Shown: one piece after another, positions 1-10,719 of the stretch | How the letters are laid out: every line of letters starts with the position of its first letter | Numbering within the stretch: the first letter of the stretch is position 1 | Assembly (NCBI GenBank): GCA_965263035.1 | Contig: OZ253580.1 | Coordinates: 864,001-928,000, forward strand | Reading direction: 5' to 3' | DNA length: 64,000 nt | Source of the DNA: Acidobacteriota bacterium | Lineage (GTDB): Bacteria > Acidobacteriota > UBA6911 > RPQK01 > JAJDTT01 | Notes under the pieces: model-generated | Seen by the model: only the letters and a program-made list of their open reading frames with translations | Told to the model about the DNA's origin: nothing | The model's database searches: none | Position numbers and translations under genes: made by a program

Positions 1-2490
1 TATGCCGGCCGGGGTATAACGGCGGCGCTGCTGGCGATTCCCCAACGTACAGTCGGCGGGGCTCCGAGATGGACAATCTGCGGGATTCCTTTCGACTGTG
101 TCGGCCAGTTTACGCACCGTATTTCCTACAAACGCGACCTCAAGCAGATAATCCTGAGGCAGTTGCTGCTGCACGGCAACACTGTAATGCTGAATGTAAG
201 GGTTTCGGATTTCCGGTTCAATCGCCCAAGCTGAGATCGGTTTTGAAAAGATCACGACCCCGGTCTCCGGACAAAATGTCGATATTGTTCCTGGGCAAGC
301 ACTGGGCAAGGGATTCTCTCGGAACGGATTGGAAAACTCGCTCAGGAGGTCCGATCCCAGCGAGAAGATGGGAAGAAACGGCTGGTTCAGCGCCGAAAAC
401 TGAGAGTAGCCATTGGTGCTGAATTGGTAAAAGATACCCCACCCGGCACGTACACTCGTCTTTCCAGTTCCGAACACGTCCCAGGCCAAGCCCAAGCGGG
501 GGGCGAAGTTGTTCCTGTCGGGAGCATAGGTCGATCCCGAAATCCCCGGGTCGTTTCCATATGCCATCCCCTCGGGAGCTGTCGGGAAAAGCGTGGACTG
601 GTATCCCGGTATCCAGGTCGCAATCCTATCGTCCTGTTCCCGAACGGGATCGTCGTATTGATATCTCAATCCCAGATTGAGAGTGACGTTGCTTGAGACC
701 TGATAGTCGTCCTGCACGAAGAAGTTCAAGAACCAGGAACGATGATCTTCCCTCTCCAAGAGCAACAGGAGGCCGCTGGCGTGGCCCAGCATGAAGTCGG
801 ACAGCGTATTGCCGGTCAGTTCTCCGTTAAAGGTAAACAGCCCCTGGTCAAAATTGGGACGACCCACCATGTGAAGCTTCTCGTAGGAGAACCCGAAACG
901 TACACTGTGGTTTCCCTCATTGACATGGACCGTATCTTGCGCCTGCCACGTGTTGTCGAGTCTCACGTGGTTCCCGAGAAAACTCGAGGAGAGACTGAAA
1001 CGACCAACGACATTAATGTTGGGAGGGAACGGAATTTCAGTGTTGACGCCCTGGATTCCGTAGTCAGCCGGTCCCCGCTGATTCGAGTGAAGTTGGGACT
1101 CGTCTCGGCGTCCGTATGAAATCTGAGCCTCATTGATCACCCGGGGACTGAATGTGTGCGTGTTTTGCAACGTGGCGTTGTGTACGGAATAGGGCGTAGT
1201 CTTGGTGGTCCAGGGAATATTCCCGTCATTACGGAAGAACTCCGATTTATCTCTCCAGAACCGTCCCGTCAGTCGATTGTTCTCGGTAAACTGATGATCC
1301 ACACGTATCAAATACTGATCGCCGTTGGACCCGGCGCTCGTATTCAACGCGAACCCGCCACCCGCAGCATTGGCATTCGGAAGCTCCGAAATAACGTTCA
1401 GGGCAGCCGGGTCCAGCCTGTTGGATGGAATGATGTCCCCCGGGAATCGTTCTCCCGTGACTGGATCGATGGGAGGATTGGAGGAAGCGGAGAAATTTCC
1501 CTGCCGCTCGAGGGCGGAGGGAGGAATGGCGCCTGACATTACCCTTGACTGGCGGATACGGGTTCCCTGATAGCCAAAGAAAAAGTGGGTCTTGTCCTTG
1601 ATCACCGGTCCGCCCACAGTTCCGCCGAACTGGTTGTACACCAGAAAGGGAGACTCAGGCGCAAAGAAGGAACGGGCGTTCAAGGCGCCGTTGCGGTGGA
1701 ACTCGAAAGCACTCCCGTGAAAGCGGTTGGTTCCTGACTTCGTAACGACGCTGAAACTGGCCACCGCACCGCGGCCTTTCGAGGCATCGTAACTGTTGGT
1801 TTCCGCTCGAAACTCCTTGACCATGTCCGGCGGCGGCATGGGTAGCCCCCTGGCTCGTTGGACGTTGTTGAATTGAGCTCCGTCGAGCTGGAAGGAGTTC
1901 ATCTGCCCGTTTCCGCCACTGATGTTCACAGTGATGTCCCGCGTGCCCTGTTCTGGAATCCGAACTAGTGCTGCGCCCGGAATCAAGGTGATCAAAGCCA
2001 AGGGGTCTCGACCGGAAAGAGGCAGTTCGTCGACTCTCTTCTCGTCCATGAGGCGACTGATGGACGCGCTTCTCGTCTCCACCTGTATGGCCGTCGATGC
2101 AACGGTGACCTCCTCAGCCACCTCGCCTATCCTCAAAACCAGATCGACCCGGGAGTTCTCCTCTACCGTGAGATGAATTCCTCCCATCACGAGTTTCTTG
2201 AACCCGGCCAATTCGGCTTCCACCCGGTAGTCTCCCAAGGGCAGGAGGGTGATCCTGTAAAGTCCCTCATCGTTGGAAATGGACGACCGTTGGAAGCCGG
2301 TTCCTTCGTTGACGGCGACGACTTCCACGCCGGGAATCACGCCCCCGGTCTCGTCCTGGACCTTCCCCAGAATCGTCGCGGTCTGTTGCGCCTGCACAGA
2401 TACCGTCGCGACCACCGCCAGCATGAGCCCCAAAGCGATCTGAAGACAGGGCTGTTTTGGCCTCATGATCCATACAATTCTTCTTGCCAT
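1..2490 (-). CDS. TonB-dependent receptor with N-terminal carboxypeptidase regulatory-like domain (3' end runs off the window)
   Basis: Absent from the ORF track (no stop before base 1). Manual translation from ATG 2490 (AAGGAG at 2501-2506; alternative ATG 2466): MARRIVWIMRPKQPCLQIALGLMLAVVATVSVQAQQTATILGKVQDETGGVIPGVEVVAVNEGTGFQRSSISNDEGLYRITLLPLGDYRVEAELAGFKK. Later motifs LPLSGRDPLALITLIPG, KSGTNRFHGSAFEFHRN and YNQFGGTVGGPVIKDKTHFF are typical of Acidobacteria-type TBDRs. Confidence 0.9.
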   Translation of the reverse strand, partial: MARRIVWIMRPKQPCLQIALGLMLAVVATVSVQAQQTATILGKVQDETGGVIPGVEVVAVNEGTGFQRSSISNDEGLYRITLLPLGDYRVEAELAGFKKLVMGGIHLTVEENSRVDLVLRIGEVAEEVTVASTAIQVETRSASISRLMDEKRVDELPLSGRDPLALITLIPGAALVRIPEQGTRDITVNISGGNGQMNSFQLDGAQFNNVQRARGLPMPPPDMVKEFRAETNSYDASKGRGAVASFSVVTKSGTNRFHGSAFEFHRNGALNARSFFAPESPFLVYNQFGGTVGGPVIKDKTHFFFGYQGTRIRQSRVMSGAIPPSALERQGNFSASSNPPIDPVTGERFPGDIIPSNRLDPAALNVISELPNANAAGGGFALNTSAGSNGDQYLIRVDHQFTENNRLTGRFWRDKSEFFRNDGNIPWTTKTTPYSVHNATLQNTHTFSPRVINEAQISYGRRDESQLHSNQRGPADYGIQGVNTEIPFPPNINVVGRFSLSSSFLGNHVRLDNTWQAQDTVHVNEGNHSVRFGFSYEKLHMVGRPNFDQGLFTFNGELTGNTLSDFMLGHASGLLLLLEREDHRSWFLNFFVQDDYQVSSNVTLNLGLRYQYDDPVREQDDRIATWIPGYQSTLFPTAPEGMAYGNDPGISGSTYAPDRNNFAPRLGLAWDVFGTGKTSVRAGWGIFYQFSTNGYSQFSALNQPFLPIFSLGSDLLSEFSNPFRENPLPSACPGTISTFCPETGVVIFSKPISAWAIEPEIRNPYIQHYSVAVQQQLPQDYLLEVAFVGNTVRKLADTVERNPADCPSRSPADCTLGNRQQRRRYTPAGI

Positions 2491-2605
2491 TGCAATATGA
2501 CTCCTTGGCAGGGGGTGGACCCTCATGTGTAAAACACCTACGGTTCCCACCTCGTGGAGGAAAATTTATTGCCGGAGATGGTGCTCCAGCCGAGAATAGG
2601 AGACC

Positions 2606-2648
2606 AGTATCGTGCAGAAAGACCGCTCGGGTCAAGCAAAAGTGACCC
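2606..2648 (-). promoter_or_regulatory. Putative sigma70 promoter of the TBDR (TTGACC-N18-GATACT) overlapped by inverted repeat GGGTCA-N8-TGACCC
   Basis: Minus-strand -35 at 2630-2635 and -10 at 2606-2611; perfect 6-bp inverted repeat at 2629-2634 / 2643-2648. Confidence 0.4.
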
Positions 2649-2841
2649 AATTCCATCCACGACTTCAACCAGGAAGATAGATCAGAGATCAGGTGAAGAT
2701 CGGACGCGGGGGCTGGCTTGGGGGGTGGAGTTCTCGCGATTTCGGACTCCGGGGCCAGAGTCCGATCATAGGCCAACAGCGTTCAGATTGGGGAGGCCGA
2801 CGCGCTCCGTCTGTCACCGAGAGGATCCTCAACGCGTCAGT

Positions 2842-4470
2842 TCAGGGCGTTCGAGCAAGGTCGGTCTCGAGGCCGGCGAGTTGGAATGTCGTAGAACAGG
2901 TCGCCGAGTGGTCCAAGATCTCGTCGGAAATGGTGATTTCCAGTTTGTACTCGCCGGGTCCGAGATTCTCCAGCTGCAGTGCATTGATAGCAATGACCCG
3001 GTCCCGAAGCCGGAATGTAGAAAAGGCCGTGCGCTGGCTCGCCGCTGGCGATTTACCGGCGCGCTGCCGGATCTGGTAGTCGATTTTCAGGTCCGGTTCG
3101 CCGGTCGACGCGTCCAACCCAAAATTGTACACCTCGAAATAGACAAGGAGTGGCTCACCAGAGTGATAGCGACGATCGACTCGAGGGACAACCTTGAATG
3201 GACCCATCACAAATGGCTCCGCGACGAGCTCGGGATCTTCTACGGACTCGATTCGTCGAGCCAGGAAGACTGCACTGGTGATAAGCCGTTCCGAGTTCTG
3301 CCGCCCGAGAGATATGCGTTGTCTCGCCATCCCCATCTGCTCATTGTTGGCGTCTCTGACAACCAGTTCCACCTTGTACAAGCCGGGCTCCAAACCGATC
3401 TTCTTCTGGTACACCGAATGTTGTCGAGCCAGATCGTCAAGGTTCGGCAGGAAGGTCGAGACGGTGTCGTCAAATTCGTAGACTATCCGACCTTGTAGGG
3501 AAGTCACTGCACCATAGATGTCGACGGTTGCCTTGTGAGCACCTGAGTGTTCCTTGAATTGCAGATGGCGATCCTCGATTCGAACCGTAATTGGAACCAG
3601 CATCTCCTTCTCGGTCAACCGGATGTGATGAACGGCCGACTCGACCGGAATGTGGTCAAAGTAAACCTTTGAACTCACGACCCGCTGAAGGTCTTTGAAC
3701 TTAATTTCGGCGGGCCGGCTCAGCTGAAAGAGTCGTTGCATTCTCTGGAACGGCAGATCCTGCATCCGGAGAGTGCCGTACATCGGCTGTATTGGATCCG
3801 CGACAATCTGGTTACGTATCCGATCGCCTCTATCCATGCTTCCGGAGAGCTCGGCCATCGTCATCCCGCCTACGCCGCCCACATGCATGAGGGCGTCCTT
3901 TTCGTCCGGATTTCGCGCCAGCCGGAATTCTCCGGTCATGGTCGGATCCACAAACTCGATCTCTATCTCACCGCCGATTCCCTCAAGGTAGTCGTAGCGC
4001 CAGACCTCAAAAGGAAAGGCCGCGGTAAAACCGCCTCCTTCCCACGGCTCTCTGCGGTAGTGGCCTCCTTGGTGTGTCTTCTTGCTCGTGGGAGGTCCGT
4101 GCATGATGTAGATTCTTCCCCTGTCCGTCCGCCAACCCGCAACTCCTGATTTGAAGTTCTCGTTTGCATAAGCGATTCGCCGAAAATGCTCTTCCCGGTA
4201 CTCGTTGATGGCCGTTCTGGGGTCCGGATCACGACGCCTCCAGAACTGCTCAATGAAGCTTTCACGTTCGTCATCCGTGCGCAGTTTCTCGAAGGATTTC
4301 TTCTCCTGGTCGATAATGATGTACTTGACGTGCTGCTCAACCCATTTCTTGTAATAGTCCACAGGCTCCTCCGACTGTTGAGCCCATGGAAAAAGCGATG
4401 AAATACCAATGATGACGCAAATGATGCAGGTAGTCAGAAGAGGCGACTTCGTAGGTTGATTCTTTTTCAT
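2842..4470 (-). CDS. GWxTD domain-containing protein
   Basis: Motifs FIEQFWRRRDPDP, EEHFRRIAYAN, GWRTDRGRIYIMHGPP, FEVWRY, EFVD; signal peptide after probable start ATG 4470 (MKKNQPTK); the ORF track extends it to 4551. Confidence 0.9.
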   Translation of the reverse strand: MKKNQPTKSPLLTTCIICVIIGISSLFPWAQQSEEPVDYYKKWVEQHVKYIIIDQEKKSFEKLRTDDERESFIEQFWRRRDPDPRTAINEYREEHFRRIAYANENFKSGVAGWRTDRGRIYIMHGPPTSKKTHQGGHYRREPWEGGGFTAAFPFEVWRYDYLEGIGGEIEIEFVDPTMTGEFRLARNPDEKDALMHVGGVGGMTMAELSGSMDRGDRIRNQIVADPIQPMYGTLRMQDLPFQRMQRLFQLSRPAEIKFKDLQRVVSSKVYFDHIPVESAVHHIRLTEKEMLVPITVRIEDRHLQFKEHSGAHKATVDIYGAVTSLQGRIVYEFDDTVSTFLPNLDDLARQHSVYQKKIGLEPGLYKVELVVRDANNEQMGMARQRISLGRQNSERLITSAVFLARRIESVEDPELVAEPFVMGPFKVVPRVDRRYHSGEPLLVYFEVYNFGLDASTGEPDLKIDYQIRQRAGKSPAASQRTAFSTFRLRDRVIAINALQLENLGPGEYKLEITISDEILDHSATCSTTFQLAGLETDLARTP

Positions 4471-4584
4471 GGTGGTCCAACAACCCCTACTCGGCAACTC
4501 TTTTCGTTTGGGAGCCCGAGTCCGGTCAATTTTCATGATACGAAACCTCACGATCCTGAGACGTCTTCCCGAATCGAAGTGGAG

Positions 4585-6309
4585 CTACCTGTCTTGCCGC
4601 CCATCTACCTCGCCCTTCAGATTCGAAGATCCCTCTTCAACCACGACGACCTGATTGGCTTGGATCTGCTCCAGCCGGTCCACCACACCGCTGGGCCAGG
4701 AAATTTCAATCAGGTCGACAAACTTGTTCCTGTCCAGGCCGAAATGCATCCGCATATCATGGGCCGAAAGATACGATCCGCCTCCTGTCATCTGGTCGAG
4801 TCGGGTCTTCTCACCGGCGACGACACGAACTCTGGACCCGACCCCGCTCCGGTTGCTGGACCGCCCGACCAAGTGGAGCGAAATCCAATTTCCGCTGGGC
4901 GTGCTCTGGTTCACCAGAAGTTCCGGAGAGTCATCGATGTTGGTCACGACCAGGTCGATGTCTCCGTCGTTGTCGAAATCGCCGAATGCCGCACCACGGC
5001 TGACTCTGGTACTCCGCAGGGCCGGACCTGCGTCCCTTGAAACATCGTAGAAGCGTCCGGCCCGGTTTTCCAGTAGCTGGTTGGGTTGGGAGTAAGAAAT
5101 GTTGTTCCGATAACTGGAAATGTCGTCCAGAACATGGCCGTTGGCGACAAACAGGTCCAAGTCTCCATCGTTGTCGTAGTCAAAGAAACCAGTTCCGAAT
5201 CCGAGCAGCCGTATGCTGGCTTTGGCGACACCTTGGACCCACCGATCATCACTGAAGATTTCTTGCCCCAGGTTCCGATAGAGACCATTGGTCTCCAGGT
5301 CATAATTCGTGACGACAATATCGAGAAGCCCGTCGCCGTCGAAGTCACCGAAATCCGTGCCCATCCCGGCTTCGGCCTCACCCGCGGCGTTGAAGCCGGT
5401 CAAGGAAAAGTAGCTGATATCCGTATAGGTCAGGTCCCCATTGTTCTTGAAAAGGAAATTCCGCGTCTGGTCGTTTGCCACATAGATATCCATCCAGCCG
5501 TCCGTATCAATATCGGCCATCACCACACCCAACCCTTTTCCTTCAGGGTTCGCGATCCCACTCCGCTCGCTGATGTCATCAAAGGTCCCATCCCCCCGAT
5601 TCCGGTAGAGCCTGTCGGCCACACCCGCGAAAGCGTCGGGGTCGCAATAGCTGCGCCGAGCCGGAGCTTCGGCTCCACACACTGGATGGGTCTCATATTT
5701 GAGATCCAAGTAGTTGGTGACGTAGAGATCCAAGTAACCGTCATTGTCAAGATCGAAGAATCCCGCACTCTGGCCCCAGAACGGATCATCGACTCCAGCC
5801 TGCCGAGAGACGTCGGAAAAGGTCCCGTTGCCGAGATTGCGATACAAGACGTTGGGACCAAAATGAGCGACAAAGAGATCGGGCCAACCGTCGTTGTCGA
5901 TGTCTCCCACCGCCACGCCCGTTCCGTACCGCCCATACCCTGCCACGCCACTTTCACTGGTGACGTCCAAGAATTTTCCATTCCCAAGATTGCGGTAGAG
6001 GGCATGTCTCGTCGGCTGATTCACTCCACGGGCCGGATTCCCCGCCCCATTCACAAAGTAGATGTCAAGCCACCCATCCCGGTCATAGTCGATCAGGGCG
6101 ACTCCGGAACCCATGGTCTCGACGAGGTACTTCTGCGGTGAAGCCCCGCTGAAGTGTTTGAAGGTGATCCCGGCGGTGCTGGCGCGGTCTTCAAAATGAG
6201 CGGTGGACAGGCGAGGTGGCTGGGACTGACTGTGGAGTGGCGCCAGCAAGAACGAAAAGAACGGAAAGAGGAAACGAATCATCGGGATCGGACTCTTGGT
6301 TGGAGCCAC
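4585..6309 (-). CDS. CRTAC1-family protein (FG-GAP/VCBS repeats plus C-terminal ASPIC/UnbV domain)
   Basis: KYLVETMGSGVALIDYDRDGWLDIYFVN, repeated DxDxDGxxD motifs, SRGAAFGDFDNDGDID, GGSYLS..HFGL..WPSG. Confidence 0.9.
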   Translation of the reverse strand: MAPTKSPIPMIRFLFPFFSFLLAPLHSQSQPPRLSTAHFEDRASTAGITFKHFSGASPQKYLVETMGSGVALIDYDRDGWLDIYFVNGAGNPARGVNQPTRHALYRNLGNGKFLDVTSESGVAGYGRYGTGVAVGDIDNDGWPDLFVAHFGPNVLYRNLGNGTFSDVSRQAGVDDPFWGQSAGFFDLDNDGYLDLYVTNYLDLKYETHPVCGAEAPARRSYCDPDAFAGVADRLYRNRGDGTFDDISERSGIANPEGKGLGVVMADIDTDGWMDIYVANDQTRNFLFKNNGDLTYTDISYFSLTGFNAAGEAEAGMGTDFGDFDGDGLLDIVVTNYDLETNGLYRNLGQEIFSDDRWVQGVAKASIRLLGFGTGFFDYDNDGDLDLFVANGHVLDDISSYRNNISYSQPNQLLENRAGRFYDVSRDAGPALRSTRVSRGAAFGDFDNDGDIDLVVTNIDDSPELLVNQSTPSGNWISLHLVGRSSNRSGVGSRVRVVAGEKTRLDQMTGGGSYLSAHDMRMHFGLDRNKFVDLIEISWPSGVVDRLEQIQANQVVVVEEGSSNLKGEVDGRQDR

Positions 6310-6313
6310 GAGG

Positions 6314-7798
6314 TCATTTCCTGAGGACAGGATTATTCACATTATTCCTTCGTGCTCTTTGCAGATGTTCGAAAAATTCGAATCCTTTGCGTGCCTCTTC
6401 AATTCGACCGAGCTTCAACAGGGCCGTAGCGTGTACGAATCGCGGTTCCGGGTTGGCCCGGTCGAGACCCATGGCCTGTTCCAACAACGGAAGAGCTTTC
6501 TTCGGATCCCCATTCTGTATGTGACAATGGCTGAGTTCGAGGAGGGCCGCCGGTTCAGGCCGTTCCTTGACAACCTGGCTCAAAAGCTCGATCGATTTCC
6601 GAAACGCTCCTTCTCTGCGCAGAATCGACGCCAAATGAAATGCAGCCTGAGCCCACAAGTCCCGATTGGCTGACGATTCCACAACCTTAGCCAGCTGGAG
6701 AGATTGTTCAAACAAGGGCTTGGCCCGGTCGAATTCTCCGTCCAGCTTGAGCCCTGTCGCCAGACTCAAATAGGAGCGGGGATGGTCCGGAAATCGCGTA
6801 ACCAGTTGTCGGGCGTGGGCAACGGCCGCTCGTGCGTCCCCCTTCAGATGATAGACCTCGACCAACTCGAACGAATATTCGGGCTTTTCGGGAGCCAGCT
6901 CCGTTGCCTTGCGAAGGAACTGCAGGCTCTCGTCATGACTTCCTCGCTCAAGTAGGAGCTGCCCCAACAGAAAGCAGGCATGAGGATGAACTGGGTTGAG
7001 TGTCAGGACCGACCTCAAGATCGCCTCGGCTCTTGGCCGCTTACCCATCTTCAGAAGTGCAATGACCAGTGCCATTCGTGTCTTTTCGGACCTTGGATTG
7101 AGGGCCAACGCCCGGTCAAGTGCCCGAACTGCCTCTTCCAAGCGACCGAGTTGAAATAGAGTGACCCCAAGTCCGTGACTCGCCGAATTGGAATCGGCTT
7201 GGACCACCTCCGGCAGTCTCAGGATATTTTCCGCCCTACCCCAATATCCCTTTGACATCAAGAGACTTGCCAGAGAGAGGAGTACCCGGCCATCCTTCGG
7301 GTGATTCGACTGAATCTCATCCGCGATTTGAAGACCGTCTTCGCCGCGCCCAGTCTCCAGGTAGGATCTGCTCAGGTAGAAGAGGGCCTCCGGGTCCTGT
7401 TTGATCCGCTGCAGGACGGGTTCCAGAAGAGCGATACACAGCCCGAACTTGCGCTGTTTACCCTGTAGAATCCCCCGCCGAAGGCGCGGCAGCAGGATGG
7501 ATTCGTCCAACTCGATGGCGCGCCCGTAGGCACGTTCTGCCGGCGCAAACCTGCCGAGCGATTCCAAAGCATATCCCTGAAGGGCATGAGCCATGGCCGA
7601 GCGAGGATCCCGGTCAATGACCTCCTGAGCCGCTGCAACAGCCAGTTGATGACGGCCACTATCGATCAAATCGATGATCCGTTCGACCTCTTGCCCCGAA
7701 GAATGAACTGAGGCCATGACGACGACGGCCAAAGGCGCAAGCAAGAGTGGAATGGGCAGCCAGCGCTGCCGCTTGACTAGGAGAAGATGTTTCACCAC
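6314..7798 (-). CDS. Tetratricopeptide repeat protein, secreted
   Basis: Signal peptide; TPR-like units (A..LG..L...GR.EEA...L.RAL.LNP); 4 nt upstream of the CRTAC1 gene. Confidence 0.85.
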   Translation of the reverse strand: MVKHLLLVKRQRWLPIPLLLAPLAVVVMASVHSSGQEVERIIDLIDSGRHQLAVAAAQEVIDRDPRSAMAHALQGYALESLGRFAPAERAYGRAIELDESILLPRLRRGILQGKQRKFGLCIALLEPVLQRIKQDPEALFYLSRSYLETGRGEDGLQIADEIQSNHPKDGRVLLSLASLLMSKGYWGRAENILRLPEVVQADSNSASHGLGVTLFQLGRLEEAVRALDRALALNPRSEKTRMALVIALLKMGKRPRAEAILRSVLTLNPVHPHACFLLGQLLLERGSHDESLQFLRKATELAPEKPEYSFELVEVYHLKGDARAAVAHARQLVTRFPDHPRSYLSLATGLKLDGEFDRAKPLFEQSLQLAKVVESSANRDLWAQAAFHLASILRREGAFRKSIELLSQVVKERPEPAALLELSHCHIQNGDPKKALPLLEQAMGLDRANPEPRFVHATALLKLGRIEEARKGFEFFEHLQRARRNNVNNPVLRK

Positions 7799-7872
7799 TA
7801 TGAATTCAATAGTTCAATTTGATGGCCACTCTTCCACAGCAAGACGTTTCGATCGGGGGATATGTCAATTCC

Positions 7873-9624
7873 ATGAAGTACTACGCCGTGTTGACTCTGT
7901 TAGTCCTTGCCACAACGACCTGCAAGATCGCCAATGGTCCATCGTCGACGCCTGACTTGATCTTAGCGCAAGGCGGCGTATCGGAGTTACAGATCGTAGT
8001 TTCACCCGCTGCCGAGGCGCCCGTACGGTTCGCCGCCGAGGAACTCCAGCGCTACCTGTCCCAGATCTCATCCATAGAAATTCCCATCACGACCGGTCCG
8101 GCACGGGGCCCGTCAATTCGAGTTGGCCTCGATGACGAGGGGAAGCTCTACGATTCTCTCCGGGGTCGGCCTGAGGACTCCTTTCTGGTTCGGGTAGACG
8201 AAGGAACACTTCATCTGGGCGGGAACACTCCTCGAGGCACGCTCTACTCCGTCTACTACTTTCTGGAGAGGTATCTGGATTGCGGTTGGATCAAGCCCGG
8301 TGAAGACGTCGTCCCGAAACGAGATCCGGTTGTATTGGCGGGGGATACCAGGGATATCCAGAGTCCTGATTTCAGTCACCGGAGTGTCAATCTTTATCCA
8401 TTTATCGCGGACCGGAATCTTCGCAACGTCGATTGGGCCGCCAAGAACCGTCTCAACTGGATTCATGCCTGTGCCAACAGTTCCCAACTTTGGGAGGATT
8501 TCAACAGCCGCTCCGAGCTGGTGCCCGAAATCGAGAAACGGGGACTGTTGATCAACTATGGCGGACACACCTTCCATAAGTGGGTCCCGCCCGCCCGATA
8601 TTTCAGTAGCCATCCGGAGTACTTCAGCTTGCTGGATGGGAAGCGGGACAGCCGGCAGCTCTGCATCTCGAACCAGGAGGTTGCGGAAGTCACAGCCCAA
8701 AATATCAATTCATTCTTGGATCAGAATCCTGAAATAGACATGGTCGACGTCTGGCTCAGTGATGTCATTGCATGGTGTGAGTGCGGGCCATGCCAGGAGA
8801 TGGAAGAGGGTAGGAGGATCAGCGTTTTCGACCTTCGTGGACCCGTTCAGAGTCGTTCCGACTCCAACATCAAGTTTATAAACCGAATTGCAGAAGGAGT
8901 ATCTCTCCGGCATCCCGAAGTGTTGATCCAGACGCTGGCCTATTTCATGCTCATGGACGCGCCCCTAAAAGTCACACCGGCCCCCAATGTCATGGTGGGA
9001 TTTGCGCCGATTACAAGGCAACCATCACAGAGCACGATCAACCGAACCGGTTACTGGAACGCGATTTACGATCCTCGTCACGAGGTCAACCGTTCCCGGC
9101 TGCGGGAGATCAGGAAGTGGCTCGCGATCATCGATCCAAAACGTTTCTTTACCTACGAATACTACTCCCATTTCAGCACGGCCTTAGCCATGATCAAACA
9201 AGAAACGACCCCTGAGAACCTGGAAGCCAAGCTCATTGATCCAAGCCAGAGGACGTTTCACGTTTACTCGGATACAGTCGCCAAGGACATCTGGTACTAC
9301 ACCCAGATTGGAATGGAAGGACTCGGTTCGGAGGAGTGGGACTGGAACGAGATCAATATGTACCTCTATCCCAGACTGCTGTGGGAACCGGGGCGATCCT
9401 CGGTCTCTCTTTTGGAAGAGTACTGCAACCGAGCGTACGGCCAAGCGGCTGCGCCGATGACCCTGCACTGGCTGATTCTGCAGGAAGCACGGGAGAAATA
9501 TCCTTCAGAAAAGAGCTATTGTCTGGCTTTGCTGGACCAGGCGGAGCAATTGACTCAGGACGGAGACGTGTTGCGGCGCATTGGCGAAATCCGCGAGATT
9601 TGGAGCCACATTCCAAGCCCGTGA
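7873..9624 (+). CDS. DUF4838-like lipoprotein with GH67/GH20-type N-terminal domain
   Basis: MKYYAVLTLLVLATTTC (lipoprotein-like); AAEELQRYL, RGTLYSVYYFLE, PDFSHR, GHTF, HPEYFSL, QLCISN, WCECGPC, LAY, RLLWEP, typical of DUF4838 proteins. Confidence 0.8.
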   Translation: MKYYAVLTLLVLATTTCKIANGPSSTPDLILAQGGVSELQIVVSPAAEAPVRFAAEELQRYLSQISSIEIPITTGPARGPSIRVGLDDEGKLYDSLRGRPEDSFLVRVDEGTLHLGGNTPRGTLYSVYYFLERYLDCGWIKPGEDVVPKRDPVVLAGDTRDIQSPDFSHRSVNLYPFIADRNLRNVDWAAKNRLNWIHACANSSQLWEDFNSRSELVPEIEKRGLLINYGGHTFHKWVPPARYFSSHPEYFSLLDGKRDSRQLCISNQEVAEVTAQNINSFLDQNPEIDMVDVWLSDVIAWCECGPCQEMEEGRRISVFDLRGPVQSRSDSNIKFINRIAEGVSLRHPEVLIQTLAYFMLMDAPLKVTPAPNVMVGFAPITRQPSQSTINRTGYWNAIYDPRHEVNRSRLREIRKWLAIIDPKRFFTYEYYSHFSTALAMIKQETTPENLEAKLIDPSQRTFHVYSDTVAKDIWYYTQIGMEGLGSEEWDWNEINMYLYPRLLWEPGRSSVSLLEEYCNRAYGQAAAPMTLHWLILQEAREKYPSEKSYCLALLDQAEQLTQDGDVLRRIGEIREIWSHIPSP

Positions 9625-9708
9625 TCAATATTGGTGCCGAGTCGGCCCACCGGCGACGAGGGATTCCGGTGATGGCTGTTTCCAATCGGAACTCTGAGGG
9701 TCCGTGTC

Positions 9709-10680
9709 TTAGCTGGAGGACATCCGGTAAGCCTGTTCGATGATCCTCTGACTGCGAAGCGCCAATTCCGGACGGGGATCGGGTTCTCGTCCCTCCTGCA
9801 CGGCGCGGACGAACTCGCTCAACGCCCCACGCATGCCGACAAGGGCACGTTGGGGGACGGTTGACTGGCTCGAAAAGGCAACGCTGTCTTTGTCTTCGTT
9901 GGTGCCGCGCAACGTCCATCCTTTCCAAGGCTGGACCTCAAGAGTGCCCTTCTCGCCGAAAATTCGTATTTCTCCTTCCATTCCAGGACCACCCGGACGC
10001 CAGGACAGGGCAATATGAACGGGAGAGCCATTCTCGAGGCGCAAGAAAAAGGCCGCCGTATCTTCCACATCTCCCATACCCTGCGAATATCCGAAACACG
10101 CGGACTCCAAACTGAGCTTCTGTCCCGTCAGCCAGCTCACGTGGTCGAGAAGATGCACACCGCTGGTCAGCCCTACTCCACCTCCAGCCTGCCCCCGTTG
10201 GAACATCCATGCGGGCAGCGATCCGAACAACCCGACATTTTCAAGCAACAAGTCATCGACGGCCAGCACATTTCCGATCAGTCCATCGGCGATCAATTCT
10301 CGGGCTTCTACGACCGGAGGCATGAAGCGATGGGTCATTTCGACCATCAGGACCAGGGACGCCCGCTTGGCCATCTCACAAAGCTGCTCGCCGGCTTCAA
10401 CCGTGAGCGCTAAAGGTTTTTCCACCAACACATGTTTGCCTGCCTTCAGGGCAGCGGTTGCAACCGGCTGGTGGGCCGAATGAGGCAGACAGACAGTGAC
10501 GGCGTCGATTGTGGGGTCGTCGAGCAGAGCTCGATAGTCGTCAAATGATTTGACGGTGCACTCCGCCCGTCTTTCAGGACTGGTCTCCGCAACGCCTACG
10601 AGAGAGGCGGATTCGATCTGTTCCAAGGCCCGGGCGTGTTGTTTGCCCGTATAGCCGTATCCGATGATGCCGAGCCTCAC
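9709..10680 (-). CDS. Gfo/Idh/MocA family oxidoreductase
   Basis: GIIGYGYTG Rossmann motif, GKHVLVEKPLA, GGG....GVHLLD; no signal peptide. Confidence 0.92.
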   Translation of the reverse strand: MRLGIIGYGYTGKQHARALEQIESASLVGVAETSPERRAECTVKSFDDYRALLDDPTIDAVTVCLPHSAHQPVATAALKAGKHVLVEKPLALTVEAGEQLCEMAKRASLVLMVEMTHRFMPPVVEARELIADGLIGNVLAVDDLLLENVGLFGSLPAWMFQRGQAGGGVGLTSGVHLLDHVSWLTGQKLSLESACFGYSQGMGDVEDTAAFFLRLENGSPVHIALSWRPGGPGMEGEIRIFGEKGTLEVQPWKGWTLRGTNEDKDSVAFSSQSTVPQRALVGMRGALSEFVRAVQEGREPDPRPELALRSQRIIEQAYRMSSS

Positions 10681-10719
10681 GAGTCACGACCTCTTGCCAT
10701 CCGTGTGCCCAAGCCAGAA

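Noticed and set aside
69-3498. Numerous plus-strand ORFs in the track
   Set aside because: Shadow ORFs antisense to the TBDR and GWxTD genes.
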